Source: a plasmid. From it: DNA of 64,000 nucleotides. Shown piece after piece: positions 9,320 through 23,129 of the stretch. Position 1 is the stretch's first letter. Each line of letters begins with the position of its first letter. The notes beneath the pieces are model-generated. The model saw only the letters and a list, made by a program, of their open reading frames with translations. It did no database searches and was not told where the DNA came from. The translations under genes were made by a program, and so were the position numbers. The DNA is taken from NCBI RefSeq assembly GCF_057098645.1, contig NZ_JBXSPU010000002.1. One strand, given 5' to 3'.

Positions 9320-10813
9320 TCAGTCAAACAGACCCAGGAGCAGCTCAGCCGGTGGCGCCCGGCTTTCGGGTAACGCCCTGGTCCCGCTGGTTTCGGCTTT
9401 GTGCTTCAGGTGATCAAGGATCTGCTTGATCACTATAGGGTCTTCAATGCAGGCGATGACTTTCATGGCGCCGCCGCAGCCGCTGCAGGTCTCGATGTCG
9501 ATATTGAAAACACGCTTGAGCCGTTGCGCCCATGTCATCGACGCTCGCCGTTGTGCTGGTGTTGCCGGTTCATCAGCCACCCTGACCTTGTTGCCCCTGC
9601 CCCGTTTTGCCGGCGTGACCAACGCCCGGTGCCGACTGTTGGGTGCGAACACCCCGTGGAAGCGGGTTAGGTTGACTCTGGGCTTCGGTACCAGGGCGGC
9701 CAGCCTTGCAATGAAATCCAATGGTTCGAAAATGACGTGCGTGGTGCCGTCCCGGTACGGCGTCTTGAGCTGGTAGCGCACGTTGCCGCCTCGTGTTAAC
9801 GACAGCCGCTTCTCGGATACCGCCGGGCGGCTGATGTACCGGCACAGCCGTTCGAGCTTCTTGCGTTCATCGGCCCTGGCCGCCACGCCGGCGTGCAGGC
9901 TGGACCCGGCTACCTTGCCAATCCCGTCACCGAACGGATCACCACTGGTCGGCAGAGTTTGCAAAGTGAACACCTTTCGCCCCGCCTGTGAACCGACAGC
10001 GATACGGTAAGTGATCGAGTGCCCCAGCAGGGGTGTCATCGGGTCGTCATCCACCGCATCCGAGGCCAGATAGCTGTTTTCGACATCCCGTTCCAGCAGG
10101 CCTTGCCGTTCCAGATAGCGACCCACCCGGTGGGCGATGGTGTGCGTCAGCTGGGTGAGCTCTGGGCTGGTCGGCGCCTTGACCCAGCGGAAACGCGCTG
10201 AGCCGTGGGATTGCTCGACATACACACCGTCGAGAAACAGCATGTGGAAGTGAACATTCAGATTGAGCGCCGATCCAAAACGCTGGATCAGGGTGACCGC
10301 GCCCGTCTTGGCCACTTGGTGGGTATGGCCCGCTTTCTTGACCAGGTGCGTGGCAATGACGCGGTAAACGATGCCCAGCACCCACCCCATGATCTCGGGC
10401 CGGCTGGCAAACAGGAAACGCAGCTGAAACGGGAAACTCAACACCCACTGACGCATGGGTTGTTCAGGCAGTACTTCATCAACCAGCAAGGCGGCACTTT
10501 CGGCCATCCGCCGCGCCCCACAGCTCGGGCAGAAACCGCGACGCTTACAGCTGAAAGCGACCAGGTGCTCGGCGTGGCAAGACTCGCAGCGAACCCGTAG
10601 AAAGCCATGCTCCAGCCGCCCGCATTGGAGAAATTCTTCAAATTCCCGTTGCACATAGCCCGGCAATTCCTTTCCCTGCTCTGCCATAAGCGCAGCGAAT
10701 GCCGGGTAATACTCGTCAACGATCTGATAGAGAAGGGTTTGCTCGGGTCGGTGGCTCTGGTAACGACCAGTATCCCGATCCCGGCTGGCCGTCCTGGCCG
10801 CCACATGAGGCAT
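9320..10813 (-). CDS. ISCR2 transposase (IS91 family, HUH rolling-circle, 497 aa)
   Basis: ORF with N-terminal Zn-binding Cys cluster (CESCHAEHLVAFSCKRRGFCPSC) and HUH region; recognised as ISCR2 Rcr2. Confidence 0.9.
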   Translation of the reverse strand: MPHVAARTASRDRDTGRYQSHRPEQTLLYQIVDEYYPAFAALMAEQGKELPGYVQREFEEFLQCGRLEHGFLRVRCESCHAEHLVAFSCKRRGFCPSCGARRMAESAALLVDEVLPEQPMRQWVLSFPFQLRFLFASRPEIMGWVLGIVYRVIATHLVKKAGHTHQVAKTGAVTLIQRFGSALNLNVHFHMLFLDGVYVEQSHGSARFRWVKAPTSPELTQLTHTIAHRVGRYLERQGLLERDVENSYLASDAVDDDPMTPLLGHSITYRIAVGSQAGRKVFTLQTLPTSGDPFGDGIGKVAGSSLHAGVAARADERKKLERLCRYISRPAVSEKRLSLTRGGNVRYQLKTPYRDGTTHVIFEPLDFIARLAALVPKPRVNLTRFHGVFAPNSRHRALVTPAKRGRGNKVRVADEPATPAQRRASMTWAQRLKRVFNIDIETCSGCGGAMKVIACIEDPIVIKQILDHLKHKAETSGTRALPESRAPPAELLLGLFD

Positions 10814-11151
10814 GTTCCGCGTCCTTGCAATACTGTGTTTACATACAGTCTATCGCTTAGCGGAAAGTTCTTTTACCCTCAGCCGAAATGCCTGCCGTTG
10901 CTAGACATTGCCAGCCAGTGCCCGTCACTCCCACTCAATAGTTGGCACAAAGTCCTATTCTAGGCACTACCATTACTTTACAACGCCTGAAGAAAAGAGG
11001 ATATGTTTCCTTAACTGAATTACATTTACAACTTAACCCATCTCTTTGCGAACCGCCGAGTACGTGACCCGTACGCTCGGTGGTGTGAGAGGCGCACTCC
11101 GTCAGTTACTGGCGGAGCCGTCTACTCGATTATGTGCCGTTTTATTCCATT

Positions 11152-13216
<2,065 letters not shown>

Positions 13217-13462
13217 TTATCAATGTTTAACTGTTATGCTGGTATCTTTCACAATGCCCGCTAACTTATATATATACGAAACATTCTACTCTATTTCATA
13301 CCCATATGGCAAGATAGGCGAATGTTTTTACTATTTTATTTCGCATTTTGAATTTCTCAAATATAAAAATTATTTTAACATTTTAGTACTTATAGTGCTT
13401 AATTATTGGTGATGCTGCCAACTTACTGATTTAGTGTATGATGGTGTTTTTGAGGTGCTCCA

Positions 13463-13738
13463 GTGGCTTCTGTTTCTATCAGCTGTCCCTCCTGTTCAGC
13501 TACTGACGGGGTGGTGCGTAACGGCAAAAGCACCGCCGGACATCAGCGCTATCTCTGCTCTCACTGCCGTAAAACATGGCAACTGCAGTTCACTTACACC
13601 GCTTCTCAACCCGGTACGCACCAGAAAATCATTGATATGGCCATGAATGGCGTTGGATGCCGGGCAACCGCCCGCATTATGGGCGTTGGCCTCAACACGA
13701 TTTTCCGCCATTTAAAAAACTCAGGCCGCAGTCGGTAA
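13463..13738 (+). CDS. insA: IS1 InsA
   Basis: 91-aa [33 protein letters not shown]... Confidence 0.9.
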   Translation: MASVSISCPSCSATDGVVRNGKSTAGHQRYLCSHCRKTWQLQFTYTASQPGTHQKIIDMAMNGVGCRATARIMGVGLNTIFRHLKNSGRSR

Positions 13739-14160
13739 CCTCGCGCATACAGCCGGGCAGTGACGTCATCGTCTGCGCGGAAATGGACGAACAGTGGGGA
13801 TACGTCGGGGCTAAATCGCGCCAGCGCTGGCTGTTTTACGCGTATGACAGGCTCCGGAAGACGGTTGTTGCGCACGTATTCGGTGAACGCACTATGGCGA
13901 CGCTGGGGCGTCTTATGAGCCTGCTGTCACCCTTTGACGTGGTGATATGGATGACGGATGGCTGGCCGCTGTATGAATCCCGCCTGAAGGGAAAGCTGCA
14001 CGTAATCAGCAAGCGATATACGCAGCGAATTGAGCGGCATAACCTGAATCTGAGGCAGCACCTGGCACGGCTGGGACGGAAGTCGCTGTCGTTCTCAAAA
14101 TCGGTGGAGCTGCATGACAAAGTCATCGGGCATTATCTGAACATAAAACACTATCAATAA
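13657..14160 (+). CDS. insB: IS1 InsB (expressed as InsAB' by -1 frameshift)
   Basis: 167-aa ORF overlapping insA in the -1 frame. Confidence 0.85.
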   Translation: MPGNRPHYGRWPQHDFPPFKKLRPQSVTSRIQPGSDVIVCAEMDEQWGYVGAKSRQRWLFYAYDRLRKTVVAHVFGERTMATLGRLMSLLSPFDVVIWMTDGWPLYESRLKGKLHVISKRYTQRIERHNLNLRQHLARLGRKSLSFSKSVELHDKVIGHYLNIKHYQ

Positions 14161-14339
14161 GTTGGAGTCATTACCCACTGCGCATACCGTATTCCTCACG
14201 AATTAATGCTCAAATACAGACCGGTCAAAAGAGATGTCAATCATAGCATCAGGCAAGCCGGTGACTAACAGGTTGCATAACCTCATTATCATTGGGAGAT
14301 GTGCCCCTCCGCCGCCTTGCCCGAATCGACCTTGTTCGG

Positions 14340-14687
14340 TCATCGTGAAAGTCTGTTTGCTATTGTCGTTGGGGATAAACCATCAAGCTTTTCAGCATCG
14401 CGCATCAAGTCCGCAACCCCTTTGCTGGCGTGCCCCAAATCAAACACTACGACCGGGCCAACCTCTATACCCTGCCCAAGAAGCGCCGGATCAATCACTA
14501 TGATCTGACCTAAATGCTCTGATTTTTTCTCAGTACTAAAAGCTAACGTGGATGGTGTAACTTGAACTGGTGACTGCCCGTAGACAACAGTTTTCACAGA
14601 TAAAGCGAATATTTTGCATGTCCTCATCCCACATAGTGTCCGACTAAAACCCAGGCCGTGCCCACCCGACCATCCTGCCCGCTTCAA
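14340..14687 (-). CDS. hypothetical protein (possibly a gene remnant)
   Basis: 115-aa ORF only; no recognisable family. Confidence 0.25.
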
Positions 14688-14933
14688 TACACCCTATGTG
14701 ACAATCGTGCCCTGACCAGGCCGCATGCGAATTTTGAGGAAACAGGGAGAAAATAAAAAGAAAACAAAAAGTTATCGGCTGAAGTATTTGCACTGATCTC
14801 AAATCAGGCGAAGCCTGACAGCACGTATGGGTCTGGCAGGGGACTTTAGGGATGAGGACATGCAATTGTGATAACCCTCCCGCCACGGGGTCGGTTAAAT
14901 TCGTATCCTGCCGGTGCAATTCCAACGGACGCA

Positions 14934-15371
14934 TTACCAGTTCGCCGGGTAGCATGGCCAACAAAGCCAGGCATCGAGCACACGGGTTTCACTGACGGCC
15001 GCTGCATAGACGCCGGTATCCGGGAAGAAATAAACCGGGGTGGCGTTGTTCAACTGGTCGCCTTCATCGGCCAGAGCACCGATCACCTCATGAGGCTTCA
15101 GCAGCATATCCGTTAAATATTCATCCGGGTGGATGGCATTCAGCGATATGGCCAGCTCCAGAAATTCATCCAGGGTGTGGCGGGTACGATACCCCCGGAA
15201 TACTTCGTATGAAGGCGAGACGCATTCTCCATACTGGGAACAGGCATCATACCCGGCCAGCTGCTCTTCGGTGAATCTGGAGGCATGCTTTGCCACGAGA
15301 CTCGTAAACTGCTCTTTATCGTCCATCACAATCCTTACACTGTAGGGGCCTGTTTTGTCAGACGCGACCAC
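14934..15371 (-). CDS. hypothetical protein
   Basis: 145-aa ORF, acidic; no family recognised. Confidence 0.4.
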   Translation of the reverse strand: MVASDKTGPYSVRIVMDDKEQFTSLVAKHASRFTEEQLAGYDACSQYGECVSPSYEVFRGYRTRHTLDEFLELAISLNAIHPDEYLTDMLLKPHEVIGALADEGDQLNNATPVYFFPDTGVYAAAVSETRVLDAWLCWPCYPANW

Positions 15372-15975
15372 CGGCTATGAACCGACAAGACGTCAGTCGC
15401 CTGCCAGCCCGGGCGAGGTGGAATACAGTTTACCAGTTCCGGCCGACCGACTTTGCTGCCAGGAGACGCTAAATACACTAATATTGAATCGTTGCATCTT
15501 CGATATCCGGGTGACATTCTGGTTCCCGGCTTTTCTGATCGGGTATGTAATGATCAATGCCCCCTCCCCCAGGATAAAATTATCAGGGCGCAAGGGTAGC
15601 TGGAGGAAGGATGGATACCATACATTTCTGCTTAATGCTTTTTTTTTGCTTCTGACGTTCTGGTAATCTAATTTTTATCACGATTTGAAAATGATAAATG
15701 GAATACACGTAATGAGTTACGCCCACCTTTTTGAAAATTGCGATCATGTTATTGAGGGCAACATTCTCCTCGACATTGCGAGTATTCCGCCCGTTCTGAA
15801 AAAGGCCCTGATCTTTCTCATCCAATCCGGACTGGAGCGGGAGGCATTTAACGCTCAATTAACAGAGCTCTTGATATTACCGCAGCCGAATTGTCAGCCC
15901 ACCTGCTTACTCCGGGAAACGCCTGAATGCGGTTCTTTGTCTTTACCTTGTTTTAATTTCACTACATGCTAACGT

Positions 15976-16482
15976 ATGCATACATTAGGCAAAATGGTTT
16001 CTCCAATGGAAAAGACGCAATCACCCGCAGAGCGCTTTTACGAAAGCATTTATTATTCTGATGAAAGCCTGGAAGAGGATTACCTCGCGGAGCTCCGCAA
16101 TTTCAGCAGCGACCACTGGGACACTGCACTGCGTGCCGCCCGTTTGTCTGCGGCGGTAAAGCGTTTCAAGACATCGGAGATGCTTCGCTTCATTCTGGAA
16201 TTCGTTGTTCCCGAGAACGCTCAGGAAGACGCCCCCGATCTGACACCGCTCGCAGCGAAGCGGCTTTGCAACTCCCTGTTCGGCCGGTCTGGTAGCCAGT
16301 CCATTCTTGTCTATGTCTTTGGCCAGGCAGGCCGTGTGCATCGCAGTGCAACCTGTTCCCCCAAAACCATAGAGGCTATCGCTGCTCTTTATCGTTCTGA
16401 CGCTGAACGCTACTGGAATTCAACTCTTGCGACAATTGAAAGGGTCAAACACACCTACCGCGCAAAAATCCGAAACTCCTGA
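15976..16482 (+). CDS. hypothetical protein
   Basis: 168-aa ORF; no family recognised. Confidence 0.4.
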   Translation: MHTLGKMVSPMEKTQSPAERFYESIYYSDESLEEDYLAELRNFSSDHWDTALRAARLSAAVKRFKTSEMLRFILEFVVPENAQEDAPDLTPLAAKRLCNSLFGRSGSQSILVYVFGQAGRVHRSATCSPKTIEAIAALYRSDAERYWNSTLATIERVKHTYRAKIRNS

Positions 16483-16737
16483 TCCAGTTATTAGACCTTA
16501 CGCCTTAATGCTAATGTATGCGTCCATTAGCTTTAAGCGAAGACGGACTTATTCAGGATGCTTTTACCAAAGAAGAACCACTGGGATTGGTTTTGATGGC
16601 TGTGCCAATTTATATTACCGGTCTGATCATGATAGGTACTCTGTTCACATGTAAGAAATGAACAGCCTGTTTCTGTTTAAGGCGAACAGGTTTATTCTCT
16701 TCACGCTTCCATGTCCCCCATAATTTCCCATCCCTCT

Positions 16738-17811
16738 TCAGAGCAATGAGTAATTGTTTGGTCCTTCAGATTCTCCCACCCTACTGTCTTCGCAGGCCGT
16801 CAGGCAGACACTTTTAAGCCGGTGGTTATAGAGACCAATACGGACGATTTCCTGGAGATAATCCCTTTCCTCCACCGTTAGTAACTGCCCTTCCTTTGAT
16901 TTTGTAATCATGTCCTGCCAGTTAAGCAATTTCTCGTAATTCACATGCTCACTGGTGTCGAGGCAATGCAGCCGGAAGTAACGCATAAACAGCGGGAATT
17001 CGTCGGTCTGGGCGATATCTGAAGCTCTGACGGTGAGCCGACACAAACACACAATGGTGGCCTGCTGCATTCTTATCAGCACATTCATGCTCTGGGGTAA
17101 GTTGTCCGGCAGCTTCAGGGGGCAGTCGGAAAGGCGTTGTAGAAGTGGTCCTGCTTCCGCTGGCTCGCGGCCCTCATATACCTTCAGGGGCTCGGTCCCC
17201 AGTTCCTGCATCATGGGGTGATACAACCATTCGCGTGACTCCGTCGCATCAATGATGATTTTCTCGATACATTCACTGTAGGTACCATCTCGTCTACCAA
17301 GCTGAACCTGACTGATTTCGTATTCTATATCCGGCAGATCAATGCGCAATGCAGCTACCATCTCCGAGGCATGGAGATGGTCGAACGTCAGTTTCCCGGC
17401 CACACTGCGGTCAATGTCCAGAAACACAGCTACGCAGAGATCGTTCACCTTCACAAACAGATCTGCCGTTGCGCCGAACATGCTTCCGCTGCCGCTGACT
17501 TCATCAAGTGGGACCGTGCCTCCATCGTAACCGGCCAGAAGATGCGGGAATCCTAGAAGTTGTTTTTCCTGAATAATTTCAATAATTTTTCCCCGAATCG
17601 CCTCCATCAGGCCATCACAATCACCGAGGAGATCGGTACTGTGGCTATAGTGCCAAAGTTTGACCTCTCCCTGTCTGGCTATCAAATCCGTACGACACCC
17701 AGGACAGATGCAGTTGCATGCGCTTCCTCTGCTGACTTCCGTGATGTCCAGAAACCGTCCGGTTTCGCGATGGAGTCCGAAAGGAATCCCATAGGTATAG
17801 CTCTTTCGCAT
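16738..17811 (-). CDS. hypothetical protein with N-terminal CxxC..CxxC zinc-ribbon-like motif
   Basis: 357-aa ORF; motif CNCICPGC near the N-terminus; otherwise unrecognised. Confidence 0.5.
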   Translation of the reverse strand: MRKSYTYGIPFGLHRETGRFLDITEVSRGSACNCICPGCRTDLIARQGEVKLWHYSHSTDLLGDCDGLMEAIRGKIIEIIQEKQLLGFPHLLAGYDGGTVPLDEVSGSGSMFGATADLFVKVNDLCVAVFLDIDRSVAGKLTFDHLHASEMVAALRIDLPDIEYEISQVQLGRRDGTYSECIEKIIIDATESREWLYHPMMQELGTEPLKVYEGREPAEAGPLLQRLSDCPLKLPDNLPQSMNVLIRMQQATIVCLCRLTVRASDIAQTDEFPLFMRYFRLHCLDTSEHVNYEKLLNWQDMITKSKEGQLLTVEERDYLQEIVRIGLYNHRLKSVCLTACEDSRVGESEGPNNYSLL

Positions 17812-18205
17812 GTCAGTGCCCCCGCTGAATACATACCTTCACTATATCGGGCGAAGACAGCATGACACTTCGATAAGAAGACTATTTTTCGTGAGATTTT
17901 AATACCGTAACTGAGCGGATTGATAAAACGATGATGATTAGACACGGGTGAAAAGTTACTTTTCCGATTGCCAAAACCTCCACCAGCAGTGTGCCATATT
18001 AATCTGGACGGATTCGGAATTAACGAGCGTTTCTTCAGCTGACTCATTTTTTGGCCGAAAATGGCTTTGTTTTATACACCGCAATTACCTTCAATGCAGT
18101 TTGTGGTTATTAATATAATCCATTATAAATTTCATGAGCTCCGGGTCACTTCGGGCTGAAAAAAGGACTTTCGCTACTTCTTTCATTGCATTTGTCGCAT
18201 TACTG

Positions 18206-18973
18206 GGTAATGACTCCAACTTACTGATAGTGTTTTATGGTCAGATAATGCCCGATGACTTTGTCATGCAGCTCCACCGATTTTGAGAACGACAGTGACT
18301 TCCTGCCCAGCCTTGCCAGATGCTGTCTCAGATTCAGGTTATGCCGCTCAATGCGCTGAGTGTAACGCTTGCTGATAACGTGCAGCTTTCCCTTCAGGCG
18401 TGATTCATAAAGCGGCCAGTCATCCGTCATCCATACCACGACCTCAAAGGCCGACAGCAGGCCCGGAAGACGCTCCAGCGTGGCCAACGTGCGTTCACCG
18501 AATACGTGCGCCACAACCGTCCTCCGTATCCTGTCATACGCGTAAAACAACCAGAGCTGGCGTGATTTAGCACCGACGTAACCCCACTGTTCGTCCATTT
18601 CCGCGCAGACGATGACGTCACTGCCCGGCTGTATGCGCGAGGTTACCGACTGCGGCCTGAGTTTTTTAAATGGCGGAAAATCGTGTTGAGGCCAACGCCC
18701 ATAATGCGGGCGGTTGCCCGGCATCCAACGCCATTCATGGCCATATCAATGATTTTCTGGTGCGTACCGGGTTGAGAAGCGGTGTAAGTGAACTGCAGTT
18801 GCCATGTTTTACGGCAGTGAGAGCAGAGATAGCGCTGATGTCCGGCAGTGCTTTTGCCGTTACGCACCACCCCGTCAGTAGCTGAACAGGAGGGACAGCT
18901 GATCGAAACAGAAGCCACTGGAGCACCTCAAAAACACCATCATACACTAAATCAGTAAGTTGGCACCATTACC
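18206..18973 (-). mobile_element. IS1 (768 bp), copy B, inverted relative to copy A
   Basis: insB 18221..18724 and insA 18643..18918 on minus strand; terminal sequence at 18961-18973 is a variant (GGTAATGGTGCC instead of GGTGATGCTGCC). Confidence 0.9.
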
Positions 18974-18999
18974 CGGGAAGAGGGGGAAAATCTAGTGTG

Positions 19000-20108
<1,109 letters not shown>

Positions 20109-20124
20109 TCAACAGGGATGGATA

Positions 20125-20245
20125 ACTTTGTGAAAAGCAACGCTTCCTGAGGGCAATTTGTCACAGGGTTAAGGGCAACTTGTCACAGAAAGGGCGGCTA
20201 TTTGAGGGTGATTTGTCACACTGAAAGGGCGTTTTGTCACAGATC
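20125..20245. repeat. ori2 iterons (four ~19-bp TGTGACAAnTnnCCCT-type direct repeats) upstream of repE
   Basis: TGAGGGCAATTTGTCACA / GGGCAACTTGTCACA / GAGGGTGATTTGTCACA / GGGCGTTTTGTCACA read directly. Confidence 0.8.
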
Positions 20246-20334
20246 CCTCTCTGGAACCCGCATGGATAAAGGCCTGTGGGCATTCTAAAAATAAAGATCT
20301 AACAACTATTTAAAAAGATCTTATAAAAATATCC

Positions 20335-20356
20335 CCGTGGATAAGTGGATAACCCC
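20335..20356. promoter_or_regulatory. tandem DnaA boxes of ori2
   Basis: GTGGATAAGTGGATAACC contains two TTATCCAC-type boxes next to the AT-rich stretch 20280-20335. Confidence 0.7.
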
Positions 20357-20617
20357 TAGGGGAGGTGATTTTGCAGGCATTGAGCGTATGCAGAATTTAT
20401 GAGTACTGTTCCATGGTGCTTCCTCGCTCACTCGGGGCTTCGCCCTGTCGCTCGGCTGCGGCGAGCACTGCTGGCTCGATTATATCTGTGGCCAGAAGTT
20501 AGACATACAGCCTATTAATTACGTGATGAGCGGCAGGGAAAAACACCAAAAGCCTCCCCCATTACCCCGGAACAAATTGAAATCCGTGAGCTCAGGAAAA
20601 AGCTACAACGTATTGAA

Positions 20618-21385
20618 GGTAATGACTCCAACTTATTGATAGTGTTTTATGTTCAGATAATGCCCGATGACTTTGTCATGCAGCTCCACCGATTTTGAGA
20701 ACGACAGCGACTTCCGTCCCAGCCGTGCCAGGTGCTGCCTCAGATTCAGGTTATGCCGCTCAATTCGCTGCGTATATCGCTTGCTGATTACGTGCAGCTT
20801 TCCCTTCAGGCGGGATTCATACAGCGGCCAGCCATCCGTCATCCATATCACCACGTCAAAGGGTGACAGCAGGCTCATAAGACGCCCCAGCGTCGCCATA
20901 GTGCGTTCACCGAATACGTGCGCAACAACCGTCTTCCGGAGCCTGTCATACGCGTAAAACAGCCAGCGCTGGCGCGATTTAGCCCCGACATAGCCCCACT
21001 GTTCGTCCATTTCCGCGCAGACGATGACGTCACTGCCCGGCTGTATGCGCGAGGTTACCGACTGCGGCCTGAGTTTTTTAAGTGACGTAAAATCGTGTTG
21101 AGGCCAACGCCCATAATGCGGGCAGTTGCCCGGCATCCAACGCCATTCATGGCCATATCAATGATTTTCTGGTGCGTACCGGGTTGAGAAGCGGTGTAAG
21201 TGAACTGCAGTTGCCATGTTTTACGGCAGTGAGAGCAGAGATAGCGCTGATGTCCGGCGGTGCTTTTGCCGTTACGCACCACCCCGTCAGTAGCTGAACA
21301 GGAGGGACAGCTGATAGAAACAGAAGCCACTGGAGCACCTCAAAAACACCATCATACACTAAATCAGTAAGTTGGCAGCATCACC
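20618..21385 (-). mobile_element. IS1 (768 bp), copy C, same orientation as copy B
   Basis: insB 20633..21136 (variant N-terminus MPGNCPHYG...), insA 21055..21330; canonical ends. Confidence 0.9.
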
Positions 21386-21636
21386 ATTTCGTCCAAGCTC
21401 GCCGCGTTTAAATAAAAGGAAATGAAGGGAACAGGTAAAAATATTAGATGTTTAATTCTCATACGAGTTACCACCATGGAGCGGAAACAGGATTTTGAAT
21501 GACGTGATGACTTTACTAATTAAGCTTATTTAGAGGTATTAATAGAATATTAAAAAATTTTAATTTTACTGCTGACGTTTTCATAAATCTCCTTTCCTGA
21601 AAAGTCGGCGATAAATTGGTTACCAATATCTTCATA

Positions 21637-21891
21637 TTACTGACGGACCAGTGTCCATACGCTTGCGGGTACTTTATCGTAGAGTTTCTTCATTGTCAGT
21701 TCAGCTTTTCGATGGTCATATGCCCCGGAAATTTCCAGTGATGCTATACCTGCATTTTTTTCACAGAGTCGTTCGAATACTTTTTCCAGTGTGTCGAAAG
21801 AAGAGCACTTACGAAATTTCATTAAATACGCCTGCTTAGTTTCGGACATGGTCAACCTTAATTTATTTCCCGCGAAAGTACGGTTTCCCAA
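21637..21891 (-). CDS. hypothetical small protein
   Basis: 84-aa ORF; possible internal start at MSETKQAYLMKF... Confidence 0.3.
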   Translation of the reverse strand: MGNRTFAGNKLRLTMSETKQAYLMKFRKCSSFDTLEKVFERLCEKNAGIASLEISGAYDHRKAELTMKKLYDKVPASVWTLVRQ

Positions 21892-21991
21892 TCTTATGTC
21901 GTTTTGTCCCTAGAATCTAATTTTTTTCACAAATATTTGATGTTTATCTCCGGATCGTTGTTGTAGTCGCTCTCTCTTTTTTAGTTGCTGT

Positions 21992-23048
21992 GGCTTTGTT
22001 GAATAAATCAGATTTCGGGTAAGTCTCCCCCGTAGCGGGTTGTGTTTTCAGGCAATACGCACGCTTTCAGGCATACCTGCTTTCGTCATTTTGTTCAGCG
22101 CTCGTACCAGGGCCATAGCCTCCGCAACCTGACCATCGTAGTCACGCAGCGTCAGTGAACCCCCGAACAGCTGTTTTACCCGGTACATCGCCGTTTCCGC
22201 TATCGAGCGACGGTTGTAATCTGTTGTCCATTTCCACCGCGCATTACTCCCGGTCATTCGCTGATTAGCCACTGCACGGTTACGGTCTGCATATTCACCG
22301 GGCCAGTAGCCCGCACCTTTTCGGGGAGGGATAAGCGCGCTGATTTTCTTACGCCGCAGTTCATCGTGACATAGCCGGGTATCGTAAGCGCCATCGGCGG
22401 CGGCTGACCTGATTTTCCGGTGGGTTTGCCGGATTAACCCGGGGAAGGCCTCTGAGTCCGTAACGTTGTTCAGCGACAGGTCTGCACAGATGATTTCATG
22501 TGTTTTACTGTCAACGGCGAGATGCAGCTTACGCCAGATACGGCGGCGTTCCTGGCCATGCTTTTTGACTTTCCACTCGCCTTCACCGAAGACCTTCAGC
22601 CCGGTGGAATCAATCACCAGATGTGCGATTTCACCCCGGGTGGGCGTTTTGAAACTGACATTAACCGACTTTGCCCGCCTGCTGACACAGCTGTAATCCG
22701 GGCAGCGTAGCGGAACGTTCATCAGAGAAAAAATGGAATCAATAAAGCCCTGCGCAGCGCGCAGGGTCAGCCTGAATACGCGTTTAATGACCAGCACAGT
22801 CGTGATGGCAAGGTCAGAATAGCGCTGAGGTCTGCCTCGTGAAGAAGGTGTTGCTGACTCATACCAGGCCTGAATAGCTTCATCATCCAGCCAGAAAGTT
22901 ATGGAGCCACGGTTGATGAGGGCTTTATTGTAGGTGGGCCAGTTGGTGATTTTGAACTTTTGCTTTGCCACGGAACGGTCTGCGTTGTCGGGAAGATGCG
23001 TGATCTGATCCTTCAACTCAGCAAAAGTTCGATTTATTCAACAAAGCC
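21992..23048 (-). mobile_element. IS903B-like element (IS5 family, 1057 bp), copy 1
   Basis: 18-bp terminal IRs GGCTTTGTTGAATAAATC; flanked by 9-bp direct repeat AGTTGCTGT. Confidence 0.9.
22048..23016 (-). CDS. IS903-type DDE transposase
   Basis: ORF ...KQKFKITNWPTYNKALINRGSITFWLDDEAIQAWY... recognised as IS903/IS102 transposase; true start probably internal. Confidence 0.9.
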   Translation of the reverse strand: MKDQITHLPDNADRSVAKQKFKITNWPTYNKALINRGSITFWLDDEAIQAWYESATPSSRGRPQRYSDLAITTVLVIKRVFRLTLRAAQGFIDSIFSLMNVPLRCPDYSCVSRRAKSVNVSFKTPTRGEIAHLVIDSTGLKVFGEGEWKVKKHGQERRRIWRKLHLAVDSKTHEIICADLSLNNVTDSEAFPGLIRQTHRKIRSAAADGAYDTRLCHDELRRKKISALIPPRKGAGYWPGEYADRNRAVANQRMTGSNARWKWTTDYNRRSIAETAMYRVKQLFGGSLTLRDYDGQVAEAMALVRALNKMTKAGMPESVRIA

Positions 23049-23129
23049 AGTTGCTGTGAACCTGTTCATAAGTGGATACCTCAGTGCTAAAATAGCTGTA
23101 AATAAAAACAGTGTATTCAGGTGACCACC

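Larger units (their letters stand above)
9085..10931 (-). mobile_element. ISCR2 (IS91-family rolling-circle element), complete copy
   Basis: full 497-aa transposase ORF plus both flanks shared with the two other ISCR2 segments in the window; boundaries set by where similarity to those segments ends. Confidence 0.85.
13408..14175 (+). mobile_element. IS1 (768 bp), copy A
   Basis: starts GGTGATGCTGCCAACTTACTGAT, ends ...TAAGTTGGAGTCATTACC; contains insA and insB. Confidence 0.9.
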
